Assembly (NCBI GenBank): GCA_003171255.1
Contig: PMYK01000054.1
Location: 121,229 to 185,228 of the forward strand
DNA: 64,000 nucleotides
Direction of reading: 5' to 3'
Source: Chloroflexota bacterium
Lineage (GTDB): Bacteria > Chloroflexota > Limnocylindria > Limnocylindrales > CSP1-4
Below are positions 10,164 through 18,469 of the stretch, one piece after another. The notes under the pieces are model-generated. The model was given only the letters and a program-made list of their open reading frames with translations. It was not told where the DNA came from and did no database searches. Both the position numbers and the translations under genes were made by a program. Within the stretch, counting starts at the first letter, position 1; every line of letters begins with the position of its first letter.

Positions 10164-11483
10164 ATGACGAAGGACATCATCGATCTGACCGCGCCGGTGG
10201 AGCGCGCTTTCCTCGTGGCCGTGGACACCGGCGACGATCCGGGCTGGACGGCCGAGGAGTCGATCGGCGAGCTGGCCAGTCTGGCCGACACCGCCGGCGC
10301 TCAAGTCGTCGGCGCGGAGTGGCAGAACCGCCGCCATGTCGACCCAAACTTCTACGTCGGCAAGGGCAAGGTCGACGAGCTGGTCGCCGCCAGGTCGGAG
10401 ACCGGCTATACGATCCTGATCGCGGACGATGAGCTGTCGCCCGCCCAGCAGCGCGCCCTCGAGGAGGCGGTCAAGACCAAGGTCATCGACCGGTCGCGCC
10501 TGATCCTCGACATCTTCGCCCAGCACGCCCAGACCCACGAGGGCCGCCTCCAGGTCGAGCTGGCCCAACTGGAATACCAGCTGCCGCGCCTGACCAGGAT
10601 GTGGACACACCTTTCGCGAACCGGTGGCGGCATCGGCACGCGAGGCCCGGGCGAATCCCAGCTGGAAACGGACAGGCGCCTCGTCCGTGACCACATCAAG
10701 AAGCTCAAGGAGCGGGTCGAACAGATCGCCGAGCAGCGACGCACGGCCGGCCGGGCCCGCGATCGACGGCTCTTCCCGACCGTGGCCATCGTCGGCTACA
10801 CCAACGCCGGAAAGTCGACCCTGCTCAACGCCCTCGTCGGCCAGGTCGTCGCCAAGGCCGAGGACCGGCTCTTCGCGACCCTCGATCCGACATCGCGCCA
10901 GGTCAAGCTCGGCGACGGCCAGACGGTCATCGTGACCGACACGGTGGGCTTCATCCACAAGCTGCCCCACCAGCTCGTCGATGCCTTCCGGGCCACCCTC
11001 GAAGAGGTCACGCGCGCCGACGTGCTCGTGGAGATCGTCGACGCCTCGGACCGCCACTTCGCCGAGCACCGGGCCACCGTCCAGACAGTCCTCGAGGAGC
11101 TTGGCGCCGGCGACAAGCCGCGCTTCGTGGCGTTCAACAAGGCCGATCTCATCGAGGCGGCCGCACGCGACGGCAACACGCCCGCGCCCGCCATCGCCGG
11201 TCAGGTCCTCATCTCGGCCAAGACCGGCTACGGGCTCGAGACGCTCAAGGCCGAGCTGTCGGCCCTGCTGGCGTCGCTCTGGGTGGACGTGGACGTCGCC
11301 ATCCCTTACCGCGCCGGCGAGCTGCTGGCTCGCATCCGAGAACGCGGCACGGTGGAGCTCGAGTATCGGCCGACCGACGTCCGGGTCCTGGGCCGCGTCA
11401 GCGCGCCACTCGCGGGCGAACTGGACGCCGCGGCTACGAAGTGGCGCGAATCGCTCCTCAACGGCGACGGCCCAGACGCCTGA
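10164..11483 (+). CDS. hflX: GTPase HflX
   Basis: It has the HflX N-domain ('[26 protein letters not shown]') and G-motifs '[12 protein letters not shown]', 'DTVGF' and 'NKAD'. Confidence 0.9.
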   Translation: MTKDIIDLTAPVERAFLVAVDTGDDPGWTAEESIGELASLADTAGAQVVGAEWQNRRHVDPNFYVGKGKVDELVAARSETGYTILIADDELSPAQQRALEEAVKTKVIDRSRLILDIFAQHAQTHEGRLQVELAQLEYQLPRLTRMWTHLSRTGGGIGTRGPGESQLETDRRLVRDHIKKLKERVEQIAEQRRTAGRARDRRLFPTVAIVGYTNAGKSTLLNALVGQVVAKAEDRLFATLDPTSRQVKLGDGQTVIVTDTVGFIHKLPHQLVDAFRATLEEVTRADVLVEIVDASDRHFAEHRATVQTVLEELGAGDKPRFVAFNKADLIEAAARDGNTPAPAIAGQVLISAKTGYGLETLKAELSALLASLWVDVDVAIPYRAGELLARIRERGTVELEYRPTDVRVLGRVSAPLAGELDAAATKWRESLLNGDGPDA

Positions 11484-11545
11484 AGACGCGGTTCGTTAGT
11501 CCCGCCCTTGACGCGGGCGCGCCCGGCAGGGAGCATCGCTCCGAC

Positions 11546-12346
11546 ATGTCCGACCGCCCCTTCTACTCCAGCCGGCTGAACACCCAGTCCTACGACCTGG
11601 GCGTTGGCCGCGGCGCGCCCGCGGACGATGAGGACGTGGCGTTCTACCGGCGGCTGGCCGCGGCATCCGGGCCTCGCGTCCTCGAACTCGGCTGCGGCAC
11701 CGGCCGGGTGACGATCGCGCTTGCAGAGGCGGCACTCGAGTCGACCGGCCTGGACCTATCGCCGGGCATGCTCCAAGAGGCCCAATCGAAGGCCGAGCGC
11801 CTCGAACCCGCGACGCGGGCGCGTTTGCACTTCGTCGAGGCCGACATGAAGGACTTCACGCTGGGACTCCAGTTCGACACCGTAGTCATTCCGGCGCGAG
11901 CGTTCGCCTTCCTCCTGACCGTCGAGGCTCAGCGGGCATGCCTGGCGCGCGTCTTCGATCACCTGCGACCCGGAGGCGTCCTGTCGATCGACGTGTTCGA
12001 CCCGCGTCTCGACCTTTGCCTGCCCGGCGTGACAAAGGGTCGGACGGAGACGGCGGTCGATCCGGCGACCGGCCGCACCTTCCGCGTCGAGGTCATATCC
12101 CGGCACAACGACACGCTGTCCCAGGTGCTGCGTGAGGCCTGGCGCTTCACAGAGTTGGACGCCGCCGGGGCGATCCTGCAAGCCGAGGACGAGGAACTGG
12201 TCCTGCGCTGGACCTACCGGTACGAGATGCGGCACCTGCTCGAGCTGGCCGGGTTCGATCGGATCGAGGAGCAATCGGACTTCGCCGGTTCGCCGCCTGC
12301 GTACGGCGGGGAGCAAGTGTGGGTCTGCCGGCGGCCCGACGCCTAA
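11546..12346 (+). CDS. class I SAM-dependent methyltransferase
   Basis: 'VLELGCGTGRV' is SAM motif I and 'LRPGGVLSIDV' a post-I motif. Start chosen at ATG 11546, after the hflX stop. Confidence 0.7.
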   Translation: MSDRPFYSSRLNTQSYDLGVGRGAPADDEDVAFYRRLAAASGPRVLELGCGTGRVTIALAEAALESTGLDLSPGMLQEAQSKAERLEPATRARLHFVEADMKDFTLGLQFDTVVIPARAFAFLLTVEAQRACLARVFDHLRPGGVLSIDVFDPRLDLCLPGVTKGRTETAVDPATGRTFRVEVISRHNDTLSQVLREAWRFTELDAAGAILQAEDEELVLRWTYRYEMRHLLELAGFDRIEEQSDFAGSPPAYGGEQVWVCRRPDA

Positions 12347-12477
12347 CAGCTGGTGGTAAAGAACGGCTGTTCTCATGCCCTCGCCGGAGCAATGAGGTCG
12401 CGCCTGCTCGTGTTGGTGGGGGGTGGACAACTATCAAAAACAGCCGTGGCGCCCACCGAAACTGGTGGATAAGCCCC

Positions 12478-12506
12478 TTCCACCCGAGGCCGTCCGGACC
12501 TAGATT
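12478..12506 (+). promoter_or_regulatory. candidate sigma70-type promoter (TTCCAC-17 nt-TAGATT) of RNA element copy 1
   Basis: It is positionally homologous to the better promoter at 13792-13820, with the same -10 hexamer and 17-nt spacer. Confidence 0.3.
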
Positions 12507-12513
12507 CTGTCTT

Positions 12514-12785
12514 GCCCGGAGGGGCCAGCGAGATCACACCAAGCCAGCGGTTCTGGCAGAAACGGTGAACGATCTACGTGAAAGTCCTCGGACCCGCAAC
12601 GGTCTCTGGAACGGATCGCAGAATGCAAACCGCGGAAGTCAGGATGTAGAGGGCTCGGTGGCAGGTTCGGCAGTAGCCGGAGCGCGGTCCGCCGTTTGAG
12701 CGAGTGGTCGCAAGATCCCTTGCCCGCGGTGGTCGAAGCGGCCAGCCACGCGGACCCGCAGAACGATCGAACGGTTCCTCTGGGC
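12514..12785 (+). ncRNA. structured leader RNA (copy 1, expanded) upstream of the GT2 gene; class unknown
   Basis: A 13-bp closing helix pairs GCCCGGAGGGGCC (12514-12526) with GGTTCCTCTGGGC (12773-12785). The 5' ~65 nt and 3' ~30 nt are paralogous to 13779-13925. No credible ORF is present. Confidence 0.4.
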
Positions 12786-12885
12786 ATTTTCGTGTGCCCG
12801 GCGGGCGCCTGGTTGCGAGCGGCGAGCGGGGTAGGGGAGCAGGGTTTATCCTCGGCCGCGACCCGTCACGCAGCCAAGGAACTCG

Positions 12886-13644
12886 ATGCCGTCCGCCAGC
12901 CCCCGCATCTGGATCATCATCCCGACGTACAACGAACGCGAGAACGTCGGTCCGATCACCGACGCGGTCCTCGCCTCCGTGCCCGACGCTCACATCCTGA
13001 TCGTCGACGACGGGTCTCCAGACGGAACGGGGGAGCTGGCCGACGAGATGGCCCGCACCAACAGTGCCATTGCCGTGCTGCACCGGACGGCGAAACAGGG
13101 CCTGGGCCGAGCCTACGTCGCGGCCTTCAAGGATCTTCTGGGTCTCGACGCCGATTTCATCGTGCAGATGGACGCCGACTTCAGCCATCCCGTCCGGTTC
13201 CTGCCGCCCCTGCTCAAGCCGCTGCGGACCAATCAGGCCGACCTGGTCCTCGGCTCGCGCTACGTCAAGGGCGGCCACATTCCTCGCTGGAACATATTCC
13301 GCCGCCTCGTAAGCCGCGGGGGCAGCATCTTCGCCGGCGTGGTTCTGTTGATGCCATATCGGGACCTGACCGGCGGCTTCAAGGCCTGGCGCGCACCGGT
13401 CCTGCGCGAGATCGATCTCGATGGGCTCCATGCCGGCGGCTACGCCTTCCAGATCGAGACGACTTTCCGTGCGCGCCTGGCCGGAGCCCGCATCCGTGAG
13501 GTCCCGATCACGTTCGAAGAGCGGCGAGCGGGCACCTCGAAGATGAGCATGAACATCTTCATGGAGGCTTTCGGGCTGGTATTGGCTCTGCGGGTGAAGA
13601 CGCTCGGGCACCGCAGGCGACGCGCCCTCAGGGCCGGCGACTGA
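12886..13644 (+). CDS. GT2 polyprenol-phosphate mannosyl/glycosyltransferase (Ppm1/DPM1-like)
   Basis: 'IIIPTYNERENV', 'ILIVDDGSPDGT', 'VQMDADFSHP' and 'DLVLGSRY' are the GT-A DxD family motifs typical of dolichyl/polyprenyl-phosphate mannose synthases. AAGGA lies 6 nt upstream of the ATG. Confidence 0.8.
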   Translation: MPSASPRIWIIIPTYNERENVGPITDAVLASVPDAHILIVDDGSPDGTGELADEMARTNSAIAVLHRTAKQGLGRAYVAAFKDLLGLDADFIVQMDADFSHPVRFLPPLLKPLRTNQADLVLGSRYVKGGHIPRWNIFRRLVSRGGSIFAGVVLLMPYRDLTGGFKAWRAPVLREIDLDGLHAGGYAFQIETTFRARLAGARIREVPITFEERRAGTSKMSMNIFMEAFGLVLALRVKTLGHRRRRALRAGD

Positions 13645-13791
13645 GTCTCAGTCCGCTCGCGTATTCGGTCGTCCGTACGTCCGTTCGACTCCGCCTTGCG
13701 GGTGCGCACGCGCGATGCGGACCTCTGTGCGCGGATCGTGGAAATGGCCTTCGGCGCGCGTCACGAACTCACGAATACGTGGACAAGCCCA

Positions 13792-13820
13792 TTGGCACCC
13801 GGCTCCGATCGGCCTAGATT
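13792..13820 (+). promoter_or_regulatory. candidate sigma70-type promoter TTGGCA-17 nt-TAGATT of RNA element copy 2
   Basis: It has a near-consensus -35, an exact 17-nt spacer and a TAnnnT -10. It sits 6 nt upstream of the conserved helix strand. Confidence 0.45.
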
Positions 13821-13826
13821 CGTCCT

Positions 13827-13981
13827 GCCCGGAGGGGCCACGAAGACCGAACGAATCGACCGATTCTAGGATCGGCCGAACGATGCGGGGTCGAGGTTCC
13901 TTCGGGCATCTTTGTCACTTCCGCCTCTGCCGTCACACAGCGGCCCGCCGTGCACACAGCGCCGGCGGGCCGCTTGTTTGT
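13827..13981 (+). ncRNA. candidate stand-alone small RNA (~155 nt; copy 2 of the element), class unknown
   Basis: It has a promoter upstream. The closing helix pairs 13827-13839 with 13895-13907, with an internal hairpin CCGAT-tctagg-ATCGG. It ends in an intrinsic terminator and contains no ORF. Confidence 0.45.
13940..13981 (+). terminator. Rho-independent terminator
   Basis: gcggcccgccg (13940-13950) pairs perfectly with cggcgggccgc (13963-13973) and is followed by ttgtttgt. Confidence 0.6.
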
Positions 13982-14015
13982 CGCGGGGCGCATTGGCGGC
14001 CGTTGCCTAGGCCAC

Positions 14016-14044
14016 TTGCCTGTGCGCGCCTAGTGTGCTAGGCT
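14016..14044 (+). promoter_or_regulatory. candidate hicAB promoter (TTGCCT-17-TAGGCT) with embedded palindromic operator
   Basis: The -10 ends 6 nt before the hicA ATG (14051), so the mRNA may be leaderless. The perfect palindrome GCCTAG-tgtg-CTAGGC at 14028-14043 overlaps the spacer and -10. Confidence 0.35.
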
Positions 14045-14050
14045 TGTAGC

Positions 14051-14266
14051 ATGAAGCGCGACGGCCTGCTCCGTCGTATCGCCAGAGCGGCGCGCAGACA
14101 AGGGGTCACGTGGAGACTCGATCGCCAAGGGGCCAACCACGAAATATGGCTGTGCGGAAGGACGCACGTGCCGGTACCACGGCATGCGGACATCGGTGAT
14201 CAGCTCGCACGCACGATATGTGAAGAGCTCGAAGCTGAGTTCGGGAAGGACTGGTGGCGAAGGTGA
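14051..14266 (+). CDS. hicA: HicA-family mRNA interferase toxin
   Basis: The 71-aa product has 'NHEIW...VPVPRHADIGDQLARTICEEL', matching the HicA 'PRH.ei...lar.I' signature. A HicB-like gene follows. Confidence 0.7.
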   Translation: MKRDGLLRRIARAARRQGVTWRLDRQGANHEIWLCGRTHVPVPRHADIGDQLARTICEELEAEFGKDWWRR

Positions 14267-14667
14267 GGCCGACGTATCGCGCCATTGCCAGACGCGACGG
14301 ACGGTGGTGGTTCGTTCAGGTTCCTGACGAACAGGGTCTGTACACGCAGGTCCGCCGACTCGATCAAGCCGAGGCAATGATTCGCGAGGTCATCGCCCTC
14401 GTCCGACAGGTTGCCGAGGACTCGTTCGATGTCGTCGTCGAACCCGATCTCAACTCGCTTAGCGGCGTCCGCGAGGCCGTAGAAGCGGCCCTGCGCGAGC
14501 GCGAGCGTGCCAGCGCGGCGCAGGATGCCGCGTCGACCGCGATGCGGCATGCGGTCTCCGAAGTCCGTGCGTCCGGCTACACGTCACGCGACGCCGGAAT
14601 GCTGCTCGGCGTCAGCAACCAGCGCATCAGCCAGATCGAGAGGCAGGATAGGGAACGCAGGGCATAG
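14254..14667 (+). CDS. hicB: HicB-like antitoxin with C-terminal HTH
   Basis: The N-terminal part is HicB-fold-like ('YRAIARRDGRWWFVQVPDEQGLYTQVRRLDQAEAMIREVIAL') and the C-terminus has the HTH 'SRDAGMLLGVSNQRISQIE'. An alternative start, GTG 14263, forms a GTGA overlap with the hicA stop. Confidence 0.65.
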   Translation: MAKVRPTYRAIARRDGRWWFVQVPDEQGLYTQVRRLDQAEAMIREVIALVRQVAEDSFDVVVEPDLNSLSGVREAVEAALRERERASAAQDAASTAMRHAVSEVRASGYTSRDAGMLLGVSNQRISQIERQDRERRA

Positions 14668-14709
14668 ACCTGGCAGGCTACGATTGATCAGCAAGTAGAG
14701 GAGACAGCG

Positions 14710-15347
14710 GTGCCTGAGCAACTCCCTGATTGGGAACGACTACTCCGGGCAGCCGCGCGCCTTCAGGGGATACTGCCCGATGCCACACTCGTGGGCGGCA
14801 CGGCCGCAGCCATCGACGCTGGACATCGCCGATCTATGGATGCGGACCATGTGGTCGCCGGCCTCACAGGCAGGTTCGACCAGGTGCTCGCGGAGCTCGA
14901 GTCCGTAGCCGGATGGAAGACGACGCGAGTCAAACGACCTGTCGAGATATTCGGCAGCCTGGACGGGATTCTGACGACCGTTCGAAACCAGATCCGCGTC
15001 GCACCGCTGGAGACCACCGAGATCACAGCCGCCGGGCAGACGATCCGCGTCCCGACGCGCGCCGAGATCCTTCGCGTGAAGGCCTGGTTGATCGTCCGCC
15101 GGAATGCCACACGCGACTACCTCGACGTTGCCGCGATCGCAGCCAAGATGACCGACACCGCCGTGTTGGCGGCACTGGGCCGCATGGATCGTCTCTATCC
15201 TCAGGTGGGAGACCCGGGGAATACAAGGGCCTCGTCCCGGCATGGCAAGACTGGTCCGTCGTTGTCGAGCAATGTCGACGCGTTGGCACCCTTATGGCCA
15301 ATGGCGTAGCGACGCAGCGCTCCGGATGGAAAGACATAAAGGCGTAG
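14710..15347 (+). pseudogene. AbiEii/AbiGii-family nucleotidyltransferase-like toxin, apparently frameshifted near 15205-15220
   Basis: 'LVGGTAAAIDAGHRRSMDADHVV' and 'RNATRDYLDVAAIA...RLYPQ' lie in frame 1. The expected C-terminal-like 'EYKGLVPAWQDWSVVVEQC' continues in frame 2 (ORF 14730..15347). GGAG precedes GTG 14710. Confidence 0.5.
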
Positions 15348-15356
15348 GATCGGCAG

Positions 15357-15671
15357 ATGCTCCACCGACACCTCACTCACCAGCGCCTCACGCTCGCGGC
15401 CCTCGACGACATCATCGAGAATGGCACGCTCGCAGATTGGCAGCCTGTGCTCGCGCGCGTTCGTCGAGAACCCTATGGCCCGGTCGCATCACGCATTGCC
15501 GAGCTGTTGAGCGAGCGCGATTACGAGGAGAGCGGCGCTCTGTGGCGGTCCTTCTTGGATCAGGCTCGAGCGCGTACCGCGCTCGCCGGGACTGCCGGAG
15601 CCTTCTCATCGGGTCATCGCGACACGGCCGAGCGTCACGACGAGGTTCTGGCCGAGGAGACGCGCTGGTGA
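15357..15671 (+). CDS. hypothetical protein (104 aa)
   Basis: ATG-initiated ORF directly after the AbiEii-like gene, containing 'LDDIIENGTLADWQPVLARVRREPYGPVASRIAELL'. I cannot name a family with confidence. Confidence 0.4.
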   Translation: MLHRHLTHQRLTLAALDDIIENGTLADWQPVLARVRREPYGPVASRIAELLSERDYEESGALWRSFLDQARARTALAGTAGAFSSGHRDTAERHDEVLAEETRW

Positions 15672-15823
15672 GCGGACTCAGCGCCTCGGGACCGCTCTAG
15701 CCGGACTCCAGAGGCCGCACCAAACCACGTGTCGACACGAGCTGATTTGGAGGCTACCGCACTGCCGATAAGGGAGGTTATGTCCGTTACGCACCACGGA
15801 CTCCTGCCGACATAGTGCCTCAG

Positions 15824-15975
15824 CTAGACCCACGCATCGGGCTCACGGACGATCATGTCGGCCTTGTGGGCCTCGGCGATCTCGTTGGTGATGCCATCGT
15901 CGTCGAACCGGAGTGCTTTGCCGGTTCGTGGAACGGCGAGTTGAGAATTGGGTTGTCGATCGTCACGGACGGCAT
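15824..15975 (-). pseudogene. remnant of the N-terminus of a type III restriction enzyme Res / DEAD-box helicase-family protein
   Basis: 'MPSVTIDNPILNSPFHEPAKH' in one frame continues as 'LRFDDDGITNEIAEAHK' in another frame, then stops. These strings match the conserved N-terminal signature of this family as I recall it. No helicase body follows. Confidence 0.5.
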
Positions 15976-16147
15976 GCGGCACCCTTGGACGTGTCGGTCG
16001 GCGCGCTGCCTTGAGCCAAGCTGCGTTCCCCCCCTTGAGTGACGGTGCTCCCCTACTCCGTCCCGGCCTGAGGTACCGGGGACGGGGCCGCCATATCGGA
16101 GTACCGTGAGTGTCACTCACCCCATTCTCACAGCTTGACGGTCATGC

Positions 16148-18469
16148 GTGACCCGAGAGCGATTCAGTCGCGCCATCTTGCGGACCCTCTCGGCCCCCGA
16201 CGCGAAGGGCCGTGGTGAGAGGTCACGGGAGATCGCGATGCGCAGGTTCGGCAGACGCATTCGGGCTATGGCTCGGCGCTACATCGCGCTGACGATCGGC
16301 CTCGCGATCGCCATCGTAGTGATCGTCGGCGGCTTCTCGCTCGCCGCTCTAAGTGGCGCCTTCAATGCCCCCGCTCCGGTTGCCGGCACCTACACCTTCA
16401 GCGCGGATTGGACGCTTCTGGACCTCGAGCGTCACATCGATGCGGGCGAGGTCGCCACGATCTCGCTGGTGTCCGGAACAACCGGTGCCCCCGTGAATGG
16501 CGCCGGCACGGCGTCCAATGCGTCGACCGACGTACTCGCTGCCCGGACGACGAGCGGTCAATGGATACGCGTAACCTTGGCCGTCTCCCCGAGCGACGCG
16601 CTGGTTGCGCTGCGGAGTCTGGGCTTCGGGCGCCTCATAGCCACGGACTCCGTGGCTCAGCTGCCCCCGACCAACGGCGTCTCCGGGTCCGGCTCCCAGT
16701 CCTCCGATCCCCTGGGTGGCATCCTGCAGCTCGTCATGCTCGGCACCGTGCTCGTCGTCGCCGTGGTGCTCCTCCGCAGGAACGGCATGGTTGGTGGCCA
16801 AGGATCGGGCAACTACCAGATCGTTCTTCCGTCTGACCTCCATGGTCTGGACGGCGACACCGGTTCGGTTGCCCGGCCCGTGCGCTTCGCCGATGTCGCC
16901 GGTTGCGATGAAGCCAAGCTTGAGCTGACCGAGGTCGTTGAGTTCCTGAAGTTCCCGGACCGCTTCCGCGCCCTGGGCGCCACAATCCCGCGCGGCTTGC
17001 TGTTGTACGGACCTCCCGGGACCGGCAAGACAATGCTTGCCCGCGCAGCCGCGACGGAGGCCGGAGTCGCCTTTGTGTCCATGTCGGGCTCGGGCTTCGT
17101 CGAAATGTACGTCGGCGTCGGTGCCAAGCGGGTGCGCAACCTCTTCGCCGTCGCCCGCAAGTTCGGCAAGGCCATCATCTTCGTCGACGAGATCGACGCC
17201 CTCGCGAAGGCCCGAGGCGGCAGCAACCCGAACGACGAGCGCGAACAGGCGCTCAACCAGCTGCTCGCGGAGATGGACGGCTTTTCGTCGTCCGACTCGA
17301 TCGTCGTGATAGCGGCTACCAACCGTATGGACACTCTCGATCACGCGGTCCTCCGCCCCGGACGGTTCACCCGCAAGGTGAACGTGCCTCTGCCCGACAT
17401 CGATGGTCGCCGCGCGATCCTGGGCATTCACGCAGTCGGCAAGCCGCTCGAGAACGCGGTCGACATGGAAGCCGTCGCTCGCCGCACCGCGGGAATGAGC
17501 GGCGCCCAGTTGGCCGATCTGCTGAATGAATCCGCGATCTACGCCGCCCGTCGATCTCACGAGAAGATCACGCCAGTCGACGTTCACGACGGCTGGCTCA
17601 AGTCGATCCTCGGCACGTCTCGCAGGCGCTCCATGGACGAACGCGAGCGCAGCATCATCGCCGCGCATGAGGCAGGGCACGCCGTCTGCGGCCGGCTCTT
17701 CGGAGATCGCCGGAGGGTCGAAGAGATCAGCCTCTTCGCCCACGGCGACGCTCTGGGGGTCACCGTTTCGTCGTCGGAAGACGACTATCTGCCGTCCGAA
17801 TCGGACCTGCGCGCAAGGCTGGTTGCGCTCCTGGGCGGTCGTGCGGCCGAAGCCATCCTATTCGAAGACGTGACCGGCGGAGCCTCCAACGACCTCGAAA
17901 AGGCGAACGAGATCGCCACGAGGATGGTTACCGAATGGGGCATGGGCCACGATCCGGACTCCACGACTCTGGGCGCTTCCGGCCGGGGCACCCTCAGTTT
18001 CCGGGTTGTCGGTGAGGACACCTCCCTTTCAGTCGGTCTCCGCGCGGCCGTGGACCGGACGATCAACGCGATTCTCGATCAGGCTTACACGGAAGCCCGA
18101 GAGGCACTCCTGGCCGAGATGAGGCGACTGACGCGTGTTGCTGCCTACCTCTATGAGCATGAACGGATCGATGGAGCGCAGTTCGAGGCCCTGTTTGACG
18201 GAAGCCTCGCGCCTTCAGCCGATATGGAGACGCAGTGGCGCAGTGCCAAGAGCAAGCCGCGTAGCTGGGATGAGATCGACGATTTGATCGCGATGGCGGT
18301 CGCCACTGCTGAGACCTCGACTGTCGCCCGGGCCGCCGCGCCGCAGCCGAGTCGCCCGAAGCGCGGGCGCCGACGCACCCATTTGCGTCCCACGTTGTCT
18401 GCGACTCGCTCGCTGCTGGTGAGTTGGTGGCAGCGCGGCTCTCGGGGCGTTGACCGGCCCGCCGACTAG
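16148..18469 (+). CDS. ftsH: FtsH-family AAA+ zinc metalloprotease (paralog, divergent)
   Basis: It has two TM segments flanking a ~140-aa external domain, Walker A 'GPPGTGKT', Walker B 'IIFVDEIDA', the SRH 'ATNRMDTLDHAVLRPGRF' and the M41 'HEAGHA' motif. The true start may be ATG ~16238 (MRRFGRRI...). Confidence 0.85.
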   Translation: MTRERFSRAILRTLSAPDAKGRGERSREIAMRRFGRRIRAMARRYIALTIGLAIAIVVIVGGFSLAALSGAFNAPAPVAGTYTFSADWTLLDLERHIDAGEVATISLVSGTTGAPVNGAGTASNASTDVLAARTTSGQWIRVTLAVSPSDALVALRSLGFGRLIATDSVAQLPPTNGVSGSGSQSSDPLGGILQLVMLGTVLVVAVVLLRRNGMVGGQGSGNYQIVLPSDLHGLDGDTGSVARPVRFADVAGCDEAKLELTEVVEFLKFPDRFRALGATIPRGLLLYGPPGTGKTMLARAAATEAGVAFVSMSGSGFVEMYVGVGAKRVRNLFAVARKFGKAIIFVDEIDALAKARGGSNPNDEREQALNQLLAEMDGFSSSDSIVVIAATNRMDTLDHAVLRPGRFTRKVNVPLPDIDGRRAILGIHAVGKPLENAVDMEAVARRTAGMSGAQLADLLNESAIYAARRSHEKITPVDVHDGWLKSILGTSRRRSMDERERSIIAAHEAGHAVCGRLFGDRRRVEEISLFAHGDALGVTVSSSEDDYLPSESDLRARLVALLGGRAAEAILFEDVTGGASNDLEKANEIATRMVTEWGMGHDPDSTTLGASGRGTLSFRVVGEDTSLSVGLRAAVDRTINAILDQAYTEAREALLAEMRRLTRVAAYLYEHERIDGAQFEALFDGSLAPSADMETQWRSAKSKPRSWDEIDDLIAMAVATAETSTVARAAAPQPSRPKRGRRRTHLRPTLSATRSLLVSWWQRGSRGVDRPAD

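Noticed and set aside
12555-12770. The central part of the copy-1 RNA has strings reminiscent of a cobalamin riboswitch (GAAACGGTGAA, ACCCGCAACGGT, AAGTCAGGATG) and of RNase P RNA (GTGAAAGTCC, GCAGAATGCAAACCGC, GCAGAACGATCGAAC).
   Set aside because: For cobalamin, the elements are in the wrong order (the GCCAC-like box is 3' of the B12-box-like string), there is no GCCACTG/GGGAAGGC and the downstream gene is unrelated to B12. For RNase P, P4 complementarity is missing, as is the GGUAAGAGC/CR-II region. Neither call is supportable by eye; a covariance-model scan is the decisive test.}
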